Assembly (NCBI GenBank): GCA_965140585.1
Contig: OZ223264.1
Coordinates: 96,001 to 160,000 of the forward strand
Direction: 5' to 3'
DNA: 64,000 nt
Origin: Spirochaetia bacterium
GTDB taxonomy: Bacteria; Spirochaetota; Spirochaetia; UBA9216
Numbering within the stretch: position 1 is the first letter of the stretch; every line of letters starts with the position of its first letter. The position numbers were made by a program, and so were the translations under genes. Below are positions 39,071-48,329 of this stretch, piece by piece. The notes beneath the pieces are model-generated. The model had not been told where the DNA came from. It did no database searches and saw only the letters and a program-made list of their open reading frames with translations.

Positions 39071-40356
39071 TCAGAACCGGCCTTTGGGAATGTGTGAGCC
39101 GCATCAGGAATAAGCCAGTATGAAACTTCTGCGGTGTCAGTCCTCCCCGAAACAAGATCCACTGCATCCTGCAGTGATTTAAAATTTTCTATACCTGCGT
39201 TTTTCAGCGAAGGTTCATTCATTTCGGAAACAAGTATTGTTTTAAATTTTGATGCAAGTTCACATCCGTAATAAGCTATGAACCTTCCAATTGTATAATT
39301 TTCTCTTAAGAAATTTTCACGCTCTGCCATCGTTGTAAAATCGGCCAGCATTTCTTCCATCAGGGGATTGCCGAGGCCCTCCTGGCTTCTGGTGGCCAGT
39401 ATCAGGGTTCCGCCGTCTTCAAGCGCCTGACATGCATTGATCATCGATTTTACCGACTGATAAAAGTTGATATCCCCGGGGAATCCGCCCGCTGAGGCTA
39501 TTACCACCGGCCTTTTTTTATCAATATTAATGAGAAAGAACTCCCGCAGCATCCGACAGCCTTTTTCATGAGCTTTAAGGTAGTGTCCGGCTACAGCTCC
39601 ACCAGGCGCACCCTTTCCCGGAAGAATGTTCACAAGGAAATCGGGTTTTATGAATTCCTGGGCTTCCATTAAATCCTCATGAAGCGGATTATCTATTATT
39701 TTGTCACATCCGATGAGGGGGTGGGAACCTTTTCCTTTTTCAGGGGCAAGGCTTAAGGAATGGTTCATCATTATGGTCTTTCTGCTGCTTATTCCGGGAA
39801 CCAGTGATTTCCGCCCCGCGCTGTATCCAGCCATAAGATGAAAAACAATACCGCCGGTAAGAATAAGCCTGTCAGCTTCGGCTGCGGCTCTGTTGATCTC
39901 CACAACCGTGCCCCTGCTCGTTGTCCCGACTTCGACAAGATTATCGGTATCATCACAGTCATGATCGATTATGCGGTACTTACCGTACAGTGAGCCTGTG
40001 AGCTGCTTTTTCTCATCTTCAGAGTGCTTTCGGTGTGTTCCGAGCGCTGACAGGAGGGTAATGTCTTCCGGCCTGATGCCGGTGTTTTCAAGTTCTTCTA
40101 CAATTAAAGGAAGGTAGATATCAGTACGCTGCCATGAGCGGGTTATGTCGGAAAAGACTACACAGACGGTCTCGCCGGGTTTCACAATTCTGCCAAGGGG
40201 GACAGAAGCCTCCGGTGATGACATTGCGGTTTTCACCATTTCGGCAAGAGATTCTTTGCTTTGTGCAAATGCAGAATCTATTAAATCGCCTTTCCAGTTT
40301 TCAGGTAGTTCGGCATCTATTTTCTGTTTTCCATATTCAAGACTGATACTGCTCAT
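39064..40356 (-). CDS. Nickel-pincer-dependent lactate racemase family protein (LarA homologue)
   Basis: SDITRS, ALGTHR, HLMAGYSAGRKS.VPG and SAGGFPGDINFYQSVK motifs. Confidence 0.88.
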   Translation of the reverse strand: MSSISLEYGKQKIDAELPENWKGDLIDSAFAQSKESLAEMVKTAMSSPEASVPLGRIVKPGETVCVVFSDITRSWQRTDIYLPLIVEELENTGIRPEDITLLSALGTHRKHSEDEKKQLTGSLYGKYRIIDHDCDDTDNLVEVGTTSRGTVVEINRAAAEADRLILTGGIVFHLMAGYSAGRKSLVPGISSRKTIMMNHSLSLAPEKGKGSHPLIGCDKIIDNPLHEDLMEAQEFIKPDFLVNILPGKGAPGGAVAGHYLKAHEKGCRMLREFFLINIDKKRPVVIASAGGFPGDINFYQSVKSMINACQALEDGGTLILATRSQEGLGNPLMEEMLADFTTMAERENFLRENYTIGRFIAYYGCELASKFKTILVSEMNEPSLKNAGIENFKSLQDAVDLVSGRTDTAEVSYWLIPDAAHTFPKAGSEC

Positions 40357-40535
40357 GAATCGAGCTTACTCCTTTGATTAGTTTTTTACAACATAGGCTT
40401 ATGGGTAACGATGCATCTTGCAAATTATTTATGTCAAATTTGAAAAGTGTGGCTGTTGCTATTGACAGAAACGCCAAATAGATTTAAATATATGAATACG
40501 ATTCTTTACATAGAAACAACAAAAGAGAGAAACTA

Positions 40536-41537
40536 ATGAAAAGAAAACTATTAACTATTCTTACAGCTGTCTTAATATTTACAACCGTAACAATGAATGC
40601 AGCAGCTTCAGGATCTTCAGAGGAAGCATCAGCGGCTGACGGAAGCCTTCGTATAGGTGTTTCACAGTTTGTGCAGCATCCTGCGCTTGATGCCGTTTAT
40701 CAGGGAATTGTCGATGAAATGGAAGCTCTCGGTTATGCCGATGTTGAATACGATTACCAGAACTCCAATGCTGATGTAAATACCTGCAGGCAGATTGCAT
40801 CGCTTTTTCAGTCAAAGAAAATGGATATGGTGGTAGGTATTGCTACCCCGAATGCGCAGGCATTAAAGAGCGGTGTAACAAACGCACCTCTTATCTATGC
40901 GGCAATTACAGACCCGGTATCCGCCGGCCTCGTTGAAACACTTGAACACGGTGATGCGAATATGACAGGTACCTCATATAAGAATCCATTCAAAGAGCAG
41001 ATTGAATTTCTGATGTCATTTCATGAAGTAAAGGTTTTTGGACAGGTTTATACCGGAAGCGAAGATAATGCCATGTTTCAGGCTAAGCAGGTTGAGAAAG
41101 CCTGTGCAGAGCTGGGTATAGAATATCTGGGTACTTCAATTGCTTCATCCGCAGAGGTTAAGTCTGCAACTGAATCAATCGTGAAAAGAGTGGATGCCAT
41201 CTATGTTACAAATGACAACACTGTTGTTTCTGCTCTGGGCGGACTTGTGCAGACGGCAACAGCAAACAAGGTTCCTGTACTTTCAGCTGATACAGCTTCT
41301 GCAAAAGATAATCCGGTATTTATCGCCTGGGGTTTTGACTGGCACTACATCGGTGTTGAAACTGCAAGGCTGATGGATAAAATCCTCAAAGGTGAGAAGT
41401 CTGAAGACATGCCGACAACAGTTGTAAGTGATCCGAAATATATGGAGATGTATCTTAACACCGGTGTCGCTGAAAAAATCGGAATTGAATTTCCGCAGTC
41501 CGTCCTTGACCAGGCGGCAGTAATTCTTGAAGAGTAA
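40536..41537 (+). CDS. ABC substrate-binding protein (aromatic amino acid/DUF534-like), orphan
   Basis: QFVQHPALDA, IATPNAQA, AITDPV.AGLV and DNTVVSA motifs. Confidence 0.88.
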   Translation: MKRKLLTILTAVLIFTTVTMNAAASGSSEEASAADGSLRIGVSQFVQHPALDAVYQGIVDEMEALGYADVEYDYQNSNADVNTCRQIASLFQSKKMDMVVGIATPNAQALKSGVTNAPLIYAAITDPVSAGLVETLEHGDANMTGTSYKNPFKEQIEFLMSFHEVKVFGQVYTGSEDNAMFQAKQVEKACAELGIEYLGTSIASSAEVKSATESIVKRVDAIYVTNDNTVVSALGGLVQTATANKVPVLSADTASAKDNPVFIAWGFDWHYIGVETARLMDKILKGEKSEDMPTTVVSDPKYMEMYLNTGVAEKIGIEFPQSVLDQAAVILEE

Positions 41538-41567
41538 AAATATAAGATAGTTTTTCAGGTATAAAAT

Positions 41568-41609
41568 AAAGCCCGGAAGGTTTTACGGAACTTTCCGGGC
41601 TTTTTATTT
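41568..41609 (+). terminator. Rho-independent terminator
   Basis: AAAGCCCGGAAG...CTTTCCGGGCTTTTTATTT. Confidence 0.8.
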
Positions 41610-41643
41610 GTTATGAAGCAGTTCATTAACTATAATTTTAATA

Positions 41644-43362
41644 ATGAAAAATTATCTCCTGATTCTTTTGTTTCTATTGGTATACTCTGCCGGTTTGTCT
41701 GCTCAACAGGATAATATTTTAATATTTCATACTTACAGCCCTGAGGTGCCCTGGGTTAATTCCTTTAATGAGGGTGTCTCAAATTCTGAATACTACAATC
41801 CCATTACTATGAATCTCTTTTTTGAGTTTATGGGAAATAATTATCCCGAAGCCTCCCTGACCGAGGATGACTGGCATTTCTATCTTCACTTGAAATATCC
41901 TCCGGATATGTTCAGTTTTATTCTTGTTGATGCTCCTGAAGCAGTATCTCTTTTTATTAATCACCCGGATCTTTTTCCGGAGACACCGAAGATTTACCGT
42001 TCAATTCAAATTTCTGATAAAAAGACGGATGCAGAACTTTATTTATCCTCAGATATTACAGCTGCAGTCAGAAAAACAATTGAGCATGTGCATCAGCAGA
42101 ATCCTGATGCCGGGAATGCAGTCATAATTGATGCTGATGATTTAACGAGTCAGGTAATTATTAAGACGGCCTCGCCTCTGTTAAAAACAATTTATGGAAC
42201 AGAGCCGCGGCTTATGAAGGTTTCCACACTGGATAATCTGATTTCTGAAATATCAAAGATAAGCCCGGATTCAGTTGTATACTACATTCTTGTTTCTGAA
42301 GATGACAATGGTTCAGGTTACATTCCCAGGGACGTTCTGAAAATGATCTGTGATGTTTCGCCTGTGCCTGTATATACATTCTGGAGTACCCTGATGGGAG
42401 CCGGCACCGTCGGCGGATATATGATTGATGCTGAAACTTCTGCTGCGGAGATGTTCAGGGCGGGAGTCGATTATTTAAAGACTGGTTGTTTTGGAGAAGG
42501 ATATAATTCATATAGACTCTTTTTGGATAGTTCAGTTCTGGAACGTTATGGAATGGATGATAAACATGGTGAATATAACGATGCTGTATTTCTGAATCAT
42601 CCGGTTCCGTTTCTTGTGGCTAACCTGGAAACTATAAAAATTGTAGTGCTGGTTTCATTCATAATCCTGTTTTTGATCATACTGATGGTTCTAAACATAT
42701 TGTGGCAGCTTAACCGGAAACTTAAAAATGAGCATGAAGGATTAATCAGCCTGGTTCATGAGAAGTCCGTTTTAATAAGGGAAATAGACCATCGTGTAAA
42801 AAATAATCTCAATATTCTTGAATCGCTTATTAGTATGCAGATTGCAGAAGCTGAGGATCCCGGTCTGAAAAATAATCTTCAGGATGTGGTTAGTAGAATC
42901 AGTGTAATGACAATGGTGCATGAAAAACTGTATCAGTCTGAAATTGATAACCGGCTTGATTCAAGAAATTATATTTCAGATCTTATAGATAAACTGTCTG
43001 CCATGCTAATCCCGGAATCCGGAAAAATTACTATTACTAAGGATATAATTTCTAAGACTCTTGATGTTCAGATAATGATTTCTCTGGGGCTGATAATCAA
43101 TGAAATGATTACAAATGCGGTTAAATATGCCTTTGACCCTGACCGATCCGGGGCGATAAATATCATCCTTTCCCGATATACCGAAATAGAATACATATTG
43201 ATTGTTAATGATAACGGCAGAGGTCTTCCTGCCGGGTTTTCAATTGAAAACAGCGGCGGCCTCGGAGTAAAGGTAATAAAAGTTCTTGCCCAGCAGCTGA
43301 AAGGCCGTCTTGAGTTTGAAAATAAAAACGGCGCATCTTTTTCAGTAATTTTCCCTGCATAG
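41644..43362 (+). CDS. Sensor histidine kinase (HisKA_2 type) with large extracytoplasmic domain
   Basis: Signal peptide and one TM; EIDHRVKNNL, NEMITNAVKY, DNGRG and GLG motifs. Confidence 0.9.
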   Translation: MKNYLLILLFLLVYSAGLSAQQDNILIFHTYSPEVPWVNSFNEGVSNSEYYNPITMNLFFEFMGNNYPEASLTEDDWHFYLHLKYPPDMFSFILVDAPEAVSLFINHPDLFPETPKIYRSIQISDKKTDAELYLSSDITAAVRKTIEHVHQQNPDAGNAVIIDADDLTSQVIIKTASPLLKTIYGTEPRLMKVSTLDNLISEISKISPDSVVYYILVSEDDNGSGYIPRDVLKMICDVSPVPVYTFWSTLMGAGTVGGYMIDAETSAAEMFRAGVDYLKTGCFGEGYNSYRLFLDSSVLERYGMDDKHGEYNDAVFLNHPVPFLVANLETIKIVVLVSFIILFLIILMVLNILWQLNRKLKNEHEGLISLVHEKSVLIREIDHRVKNNLNILESLISMQIAEAEDPGLKNNLQDVVSRISVMTMVHEKLYQSEIDNRLDSRNYISDLIDKLSAMLIPESGKITITKDIISKTLDVQIMISLGLIINEMITNAVKYAFDPDRSGAINIILSRYTEIEYILIVNDNGRGLPAGFSIENSGGLGVKVIKVLAQQLKGRLEFENKNGASFSVIFPA

Positions 43363-43435
43363 AAATATCCGAATCAAAATAAAAAAGGGATACCCGCTGC
43401 TTCGAATATCCCTCTATTAATTCGCTTGCTTAGTT

Positions 43436-44923
43436 TTAAGGTGAAGGAGGCGTTCCTCCGTTTCCGTACGCACCAGCCGGGTTAACCTGGCTGAGCGAAC
43501 CTACCAGTTCGGTGATGGATGTCTGAACAGAAGTGGGATATGTCGTAGTCTGTTTCATGGTGAAATCATTAAGTGTCCAGTTCGTAAATATTGTATCTGC
43601 GTTTGAATATACAGATATACCTATGTTTGTGTTTGTATAATCTGTATTGTCAACATTTGTGCCAAAATCTCCCTCAGCTGTATTATTATCATAGATATTG
43701 TAATTAGCCGTTAGGTAAGTAGCCGGCAGGGAATAGATTATATCTGAAAAAGCAGTACCGGGTCCGCTGAATATATTATATTCAAAATTATATGATGATG
43801 CCTCATCATCGGTAATATTTGTTGCCATGGTACCGTCGGCTTTGTAGATAATAGTATTGTATGAAAAATTTACACTTATCGGTCCTTCAAAATAGGGCGT
43901 TGTATAAAAAGCTTCCTGTGGAGAGTCACCTCCAAGGTTAACAAAAATATTATTGGAAAAATTGAATGCCGCCTCATTTACCGCATAATAGAGTTCAATT
44001 GCCTGCGTAGTTCCGGAATAGTGTATTCGGCTGTTTGTGAGTACAATGCCGGAACATACATTTGTGCCGTTATCTCCGGATCGTATTGCATAAGCACCGC
44101 CTGAATCTGCCAGGTTTTTAATAAACACATGGTCTATCGATGCTTCATTATTTACCAGAATACCGCCCCAGCCCCCGGTTGTTGGTCCGGATAGAATTAC
44201 CGGTTTGTACGCTGTCCCTTCAACATTCAGGGTGCCGTCTACTATAATCTGGTATCCGCCGGCTGTATTTAACTCAACATCACGGTAAATAGTTAACGTA
44301 GCACCGCTGGAAATGGTTATATCGTTTCCTACGTATATTTCGCCTTCACCTGCAATAACATAACTATCGGACAGAATAGTCTCACCGTCAGCAAGATCCG
44401 CTTTGTACAGCCTTGTCCCCTGGTAGTTAAATCCCTCTCCTGAAAGAGAGATAGATATCTGCCCCTCATCCTCATCACTGCTGTAGATTGTCAGTGTACC
44501 GCTTAGTACAGCTGCCGTTCCCGGGGAAAAACTCAGGGTGTACGGCTTGGTTTCACCTGCCGGAATTTCGATGGTATCAGTAGTTGATTCAGGCATTGAA
44601 AATGCAGAGTCTCCAACCAGCCATGTCAGATAGGTCATATCCAGTGTAAGTGTGTCTGTTGCACTATTGTTGCCAATGGTAACTGTTGCGGTTTCAGTTT
44701 CACCGACTAGGGTTTTTGTAAATGTGTAAGAACTTCCGTCGGAATAGGTTGTGCCGCCGATTCTAACTTCTATATCCCCTGCCGGAGCCAGATCCAGCCC
44801 AACGTAATCCGGGTCGTTCGGGTTTTCTCGCTCATGCTGTGTTGCGTCAAGAAAAAATCCGTCACATGAGACTATGGAGGTGAGGGTAAGAATTATCAGA
44901 AAAAGTTTAGTTATCTTTATCAT
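43436..44923 (-). CDS. Surface lipoprotein with Ig-like (ASH-type) and beta-helix-like domains
   Basis: Lipobox IVSC; TLTIYSSDEDEG.ISISLSGEG; IIVDGTLNVEGT..KPVI...WGGI; repeated N-I-F/S-Y-N strands. Confidence 0.75.
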   Translation of the reverse strand: MIKITKLFLIILTLTSIVSCDGFFLDATQHERENPNDPDYVGLDLAPAGDIEVRIGGTTYSDGSSYTFTKTLVGETETATVTIGNNSATDTLTLDMTYLTWLVGDSAFSMPESTTDTIEIPAGETKPYTLSFSPGTAAVLSGTLTIYSSDEDEGQISISLSGEGFNYQGTRLYKADLADGETILSDSYVIAGEGEIYVGNDITISSGATLTIYRDVELNTAGGYQIIVDGTLNVEGTAYKPVILSGPTTGGWGGILVNNEASIDHVFIKNLADSGGAYAIRSGDNGTNVCSGIVLTNSRIHYSGTTQAIELYYAVNEAAFNFSNNIFVNLGGDSPQEAFYTTPYFEGPISVNFSYNTIIYKADGTMATNITDDEASSYNFEYNIFSGPGTAFSDIIYSLPATYLTANYNIYDNNTAEGDFGTNVDNTDYTNTNIGISVYSNADTIFTNWTLNDFTMKQTTTYPTSVQTSITELVGSLSQVNPAGAYGNGGTPPSP

Positions 44924-44932
44924 TGTATGCTC

Positions 44933-45886
44933 CTAGTAGGAAAATCCGAAAGACAGCACTGTAGCCTTCGATCCCGGTAGAATGGAAACCGCCATATCGG
45001 CAGCCGGTTCTGAATCTCCGCCGAAAAAGAAAAGAGAGCTCAGTGCAGCCAGAACCCCGCCGCCTGCAAGCCCGGCACCTACCCAGAACATCGTATTGCT
45101 GTTTTCGGCTGCAGTGAAAGCCGTCGTATAGGTGCTGTAAAGTGAGTCATAATCGACGTCACCGGCAGTTGCTGAATCGTATGCGCTCCAGGCGTCGTTT
45201 GCGGCATTAATTTTCATTATTGAATCAATCAGAAAGTATGTGCCGACACCTGCTATTACAGTTCCGCCGCCCAGCAGGCTCCATCCGACTATGCTGTTTC
45301 CTGTCCCGGTAGGCTTTGAAGCAGTGTCGGTTTCTGCAGGTACAGGCTTTGCAGCTTCAGCGGCCTCTGTTTTCCTTGCCGTTTCTAAACTGCCCGATTC
45401 TGCGGCCGCTGTTCGGGTATCGGCAGCTTCAAGCCCGGAAAGACGGGCGGCAAAGTTGGGCATGTCGTCTATGAGTTCACCAAGATCGGTATATATATTT
45501 TTAGCCGTATGAATTGTGGCTGATGTTTCTGTTTCAATCATCTTGGCAGAGAAAATATATCTGCCGCCCAGAAGCGCTATGTCGCCTGTCACAATAAACT
45601 GAGCTGAAAGCAGCTTTCCAATTTCGAGCATGCAGCTTTCATCGGTACAACCTGAATTGGAAAACGCCAGTTCATCCAGGATTGTATCACGCTGGGCTGT
45701 ATCAATTACTGTGTATTCGCCTGCGTCATGCAGTGATGCGGATAGAAAAGAAGTTATCGACTTCATATCGCTTTCCGAGATCGAATTGATTCGAAAGTCG
45801 AGAACTGTCAGTACAGGTTTGTCGTTTGAAAATACACTTGCTGAAATAAGCAGCAGAGGCACAAACAGTAATATTAGCTTTTTCAT
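44933..45886 (-). CDS. CsgG/TolB-N-like domain protein with C-terminal hydrophobic hairpin
   Basis: LTVLDF...ILDELAFSNSGCTDESC.LEIGKLLSAQFIVTG.I...SAKMIETET; two Gly-rich hydrophobic helices; ends VLSFGFSY. Confidence 0.75.
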   Translation of the reverse strand: MKKLILLFVPLLLISASVFSNDKPVLTVLDFRINSISESDMKSITSFLSASLHDAGEYTVIDTAQRDTILDELAFSNSGCTDESCMLEIGKLLSAQFIVTGDIALLGGRYIFSAKMIETETSATIHTAKNIYTDLGELIDDMPNFAARLSGLEAADTRTAAAESGSLETARKTEAAEAAKPVPAETDTASKPTGTGNSIVGWSLLGGGTVIAGVGTYFLIDSIMKINAANDAWSAYDSATAGDVDYDSLYSTYTTAFTAAENSNTMFWVGAGLAGGGVLAALSSLFFFGGDSEPAADMAVSILPGSKATVLSFGFSY

Positions 45887-45950
45887 CAGTTTTCCTCCAG
45901 TTTTATTTTAGCCTGATGTCATAAAATCCTGCAAGTAATCAAACTTAATG

Positions 45951-45998
45951 TTGACGTTTTTTAATGCTGGGTGTATATTGTGTATATACGATATACAC
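45951..45998 (+). promoter_or_regulatory. Promoter TTGACG-N17-TATATT overlapped by a 28-bp palindromic YtrA-type operator
   Basis: GTGTATATTGTGTA/TATACGATATACAC (45971-45998, two mismatches) lies upstream of the ABC-GntR operon. Confidence 0.75.
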
Positions 45999-46019
45999 AG
46001 TTGGCAAGGAGTTTTGGTT

Positions 46020-46874
46020 ATGTGTATGATGAAGGTAGAAAAACTAAGAAAACACTATGAAAAGTTTCTGCTTGATGATGTCAGTTTCAGGCTTGAAGAA
46101 GGTTATATAATGGGTTTCATCGGCAGCAACGGCGCCGGGAAGACTACAACACTGAAAAGTATTATGGGCATGGTTCACCCTGATTCCGGAACTGTCGAAG
46201 TTTTCAGACAGGATTTCCGCTCTAATGAGCTTGAACTGAAGCAGAAGATTGCCTTTATGCTTGGTCCCGGAGATTATTATCCAACTAAAAAGGTCAGTGC
46301 CATAACTGATACTTACCGGCGCTTTTACACAGACTGGGATGAAGCTCTTTATCAGTCTCTGCTGAAGCGTTTTGATATTGATCCGCAGAAAAAAATAAAG
46401 GATCTCTCGCAGGGAATGAAGATCAAGTATTCGCTTTCGCTTGCTCTTTCCCACAGGGCAAAGCTGATAATTCTTGATGAACCCACATCCGGTCTTGATC
46501 CGGTTGCAAGGGATGATCTTCTAGAGCTGTTTCAGGAATTTGTAGAGCAGGGTGATAAGAGTATTCTCTTCTCCACCCATATAACCTCGGACCTTGAAAA
46601 GTGTGCCGATTACATCACCTACATTGAAAAGGGAAGGATAGTCGAAAGCCTTACCAAGGATGAGCTGATGGATAAATACAGGATAATAAGCGGAACAGAG
46701 GCACAGCTTGACGGGCTGAAAGATCAGCTGGTGTCATGGAAAAAGAATTCATTCGGTTTTCAGGGACTTATTGAAACAGAAAAACTGGGTGAGGTTGAAC
46801 GCGAGTCCGCGTCGGTTCCCGGTCTCGACGATATAATGATTTACCACTCAAAAAGGGGGCAGGCAAATGAATAA
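46020..46874 (+). CDS. ABC-2 type exporter ATP-binding protein (YtrB-like)
   Basis: GSNGAGKTT, LSQGMK, LDEPTSGLD and STH motifs. Start reassigned to ATG 46020 after AAGGAG. Confidence 0.92.
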   Translation: MCMMKVEKLRKHYEKFLLDDVSFRLEEGYIMGFIGSNGAGKTTTLKSIMGMVHPDSGTVEVFRQDFRSNELELKQKIAFMLGPGDYYPTKKVSAITDTYRRFYTDWDEALYQSLLKRFDIDPQKKIKDLSQGMKIKYSLSLALSHRAKLIILDEPTSGLDPVARDDLLELFQEFVEQGDKSILFSTHITSDLEKCADYITYIEKGRIVESLTKDELMDKYRIISGTEAQLDGLKDQLVSWKKNSFGFQGLIETEKLGEVERESASVPGLDDIMIYHSKRGQANE

Positions 46875-47511
46875 TCTTCTTCACAAGGAATTTAATCTAT
46901 CTATTAACAGGTTTTTTGTTATTCTCATGCCGTTGTTCACAGGGGCTCTGTTTCTGATCCCTCAGTGGCCGTACTTTATTGCCATGATGTATTTCTTCTT
47001 TATATCCGTACCAACTCTTTCAAGTTCCTACAATTCACAGAAAGACAACGAGTTTTCCATGATTATGCCGGTAAGAAAGACCGATGTTGTGAAAGCCAGG
47101 ATTGCAGCATTCTGCATCATTGAGCTGATTCATATTGCCTTCGGGGTTATTTTTGCGGTTATTCATCACATTCTGTATAAGTTTGATAATTTTATGCTCA
47201 ATCTAAACCCTGCATTCTTCGGTGTGGCGTTTACGATGTTCGGTATTTTCAATATTATATTTTTTAGTATGTACTATAAATCTGCTTACTTCTTTGGTAT
47301 TCCGACAATTGTAGCAACCGTTGTGACTGTTCTGTATATCACAGGAATAGAACTGTCAGCAATTTTTATGGATTCAGTTCGTAATTTCTTTGCTAATCCG
47401 GCCATTGGCATTCAGCTTGCGGTCCTCATTGGAGGAATTGCCGTGTTTGTTATTTTTAATCTTCTGACCGTAAAAATTGCATCTGCAAGGTTTGAAAAAG
47501 TGGATATATGA
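46867..47511 (+). CDS. ABC-2 permease
   Basis: Six TMs; MPVRKTDVVKAR motif; overlaps the ATPase stop. Confidence 0.85.
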   Translation: MNNLLHKEFNLSINRFFVILMPLFTGALFLIPQWPYFIAMMYFFFISVPTLSSSYNSQKDNEFSMIMPVRKTDVVKARIAAFCIIELIHIAFGVIFAVIHHILYKFDNFMLNLNPAFFGVAFTMFGIFNIIFFSMYYKSAYFFGIPTIVATVVTVLYITGIELSAIFMDSVRNFFANPAIGIQLAVLIGGIAVFVIFNLLTVKIASARFEKVDI

Positions 47512-47876
47512 TAGGTGTAAAAATTTCCAATCAGTCTGATAAACCGATTTATCAGCAGCTTTTCGAACAGATTAGTGCCATGATTCTTAACCGGGCGCTT
47601 GAAAGCGATTTCAGTCTGCCGTCCATTAGGACGGCGGCTAAAGAGCTGCGTGTGAGTGTAATAACCGTGAAGGCAGCATGGGAAGAGCTTGAGCGCTCAG
47701 GATTGATTTATACTGTAGCGGGAAAGGGTTGTTTTATTTCCGAGTTTTCCGATAATGAGCTTAATTTAAAAAGAGATGAAATTATAAATAAACAGCTTGA
47801 TAAGGACCTTGTATTTTACAGGAATATGGGTGCTGATAAAAACGAGCTTATCAGTTTAATTGAGAAGAAATTATAA
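47508..47876 (+). CDS. GntR family regulator (YtrA subfamily)
   Basis: PIYQQL...LPSIR..AKELRVSVITVK.AW.ELE..GLI...GKGCF; short C-terminus. Confidence 0.93.
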   Translation: MIGVKISNQSDKPIYQQLFEQISAMILNRALESDFSLPSIRTAAKELRVSVITVKAAWEELERSGLIYTVAGKGCFISEFSDNELNLKRDEIINKQLDKDLVFYRNMGADKNELISLIEKKL

Positions 47877-47925
47877 AATGAATGAGCTTTTTGTAAAACT
47901 CGGTTAGTTTTGAAATTGCCTCGAA

Positions 47926-48261
47926 TTATACGGCTTTATTGTGTTTGAAAAATTCTTCAAGTTCTTTCTTGTCTTCAACAGCAACATCCCAGAAAATAAG
48001 TCCTATTTCATAAAAGTGATCTGAAACCTGATCTGTACGTACTACCTTTGCAAAAACATTTATCTGTCTGGGGTTGCCGGGTAGAAAAAATTTTAAATGT
48101 ACAAACTGGTTTGGATCAAGAGGCTCTTCCGAAATAAGAGCGATACCGGTTTCACTGATGTTTTTACTGTATACAAATCTGGTGTTGTTACAGTTTACTT
48201 CAACATCAAGAGGTATGCGGGGAGCTCTTTCTACATGTTTTCTTTCATTCAAGCTGTCCAA
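47926..48261 (-). CDS. Stand-alone PilZ domain protein
   Basis: RAPR (RxxxR-like) and NISETG (D/NxSxxG) motifs. Confidence 0.85.
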   Translation of the reverse strand: MDSLNERKHVERAPRIPLDVEVNCNNTRFVYSKNISETGIALISEEPLDPNQFVHLKFFLPGNPRQINVFAKVVRTDQVSDHFYEIGLIFWDVAVEDKKELEEFFKHNKAV

Positions 48262-48329
48262 TACCCTTTAATTATAGGATATTGGACATAGCGGTGCAAA
48301 TAATTAAATTTCAATTATGTTTGATTTAG

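Noticed and set aside
45948-46019. N-terminal extension of the ABC ATPase in the ORF track
   Set aside because: It overlaps the promoter and operator, and the RBS supports ATG 46020. The extended starts at 12327, 13456, 23763 and 27268 were rejected on similar grounds (better RBS or overlap with the upstream gene).
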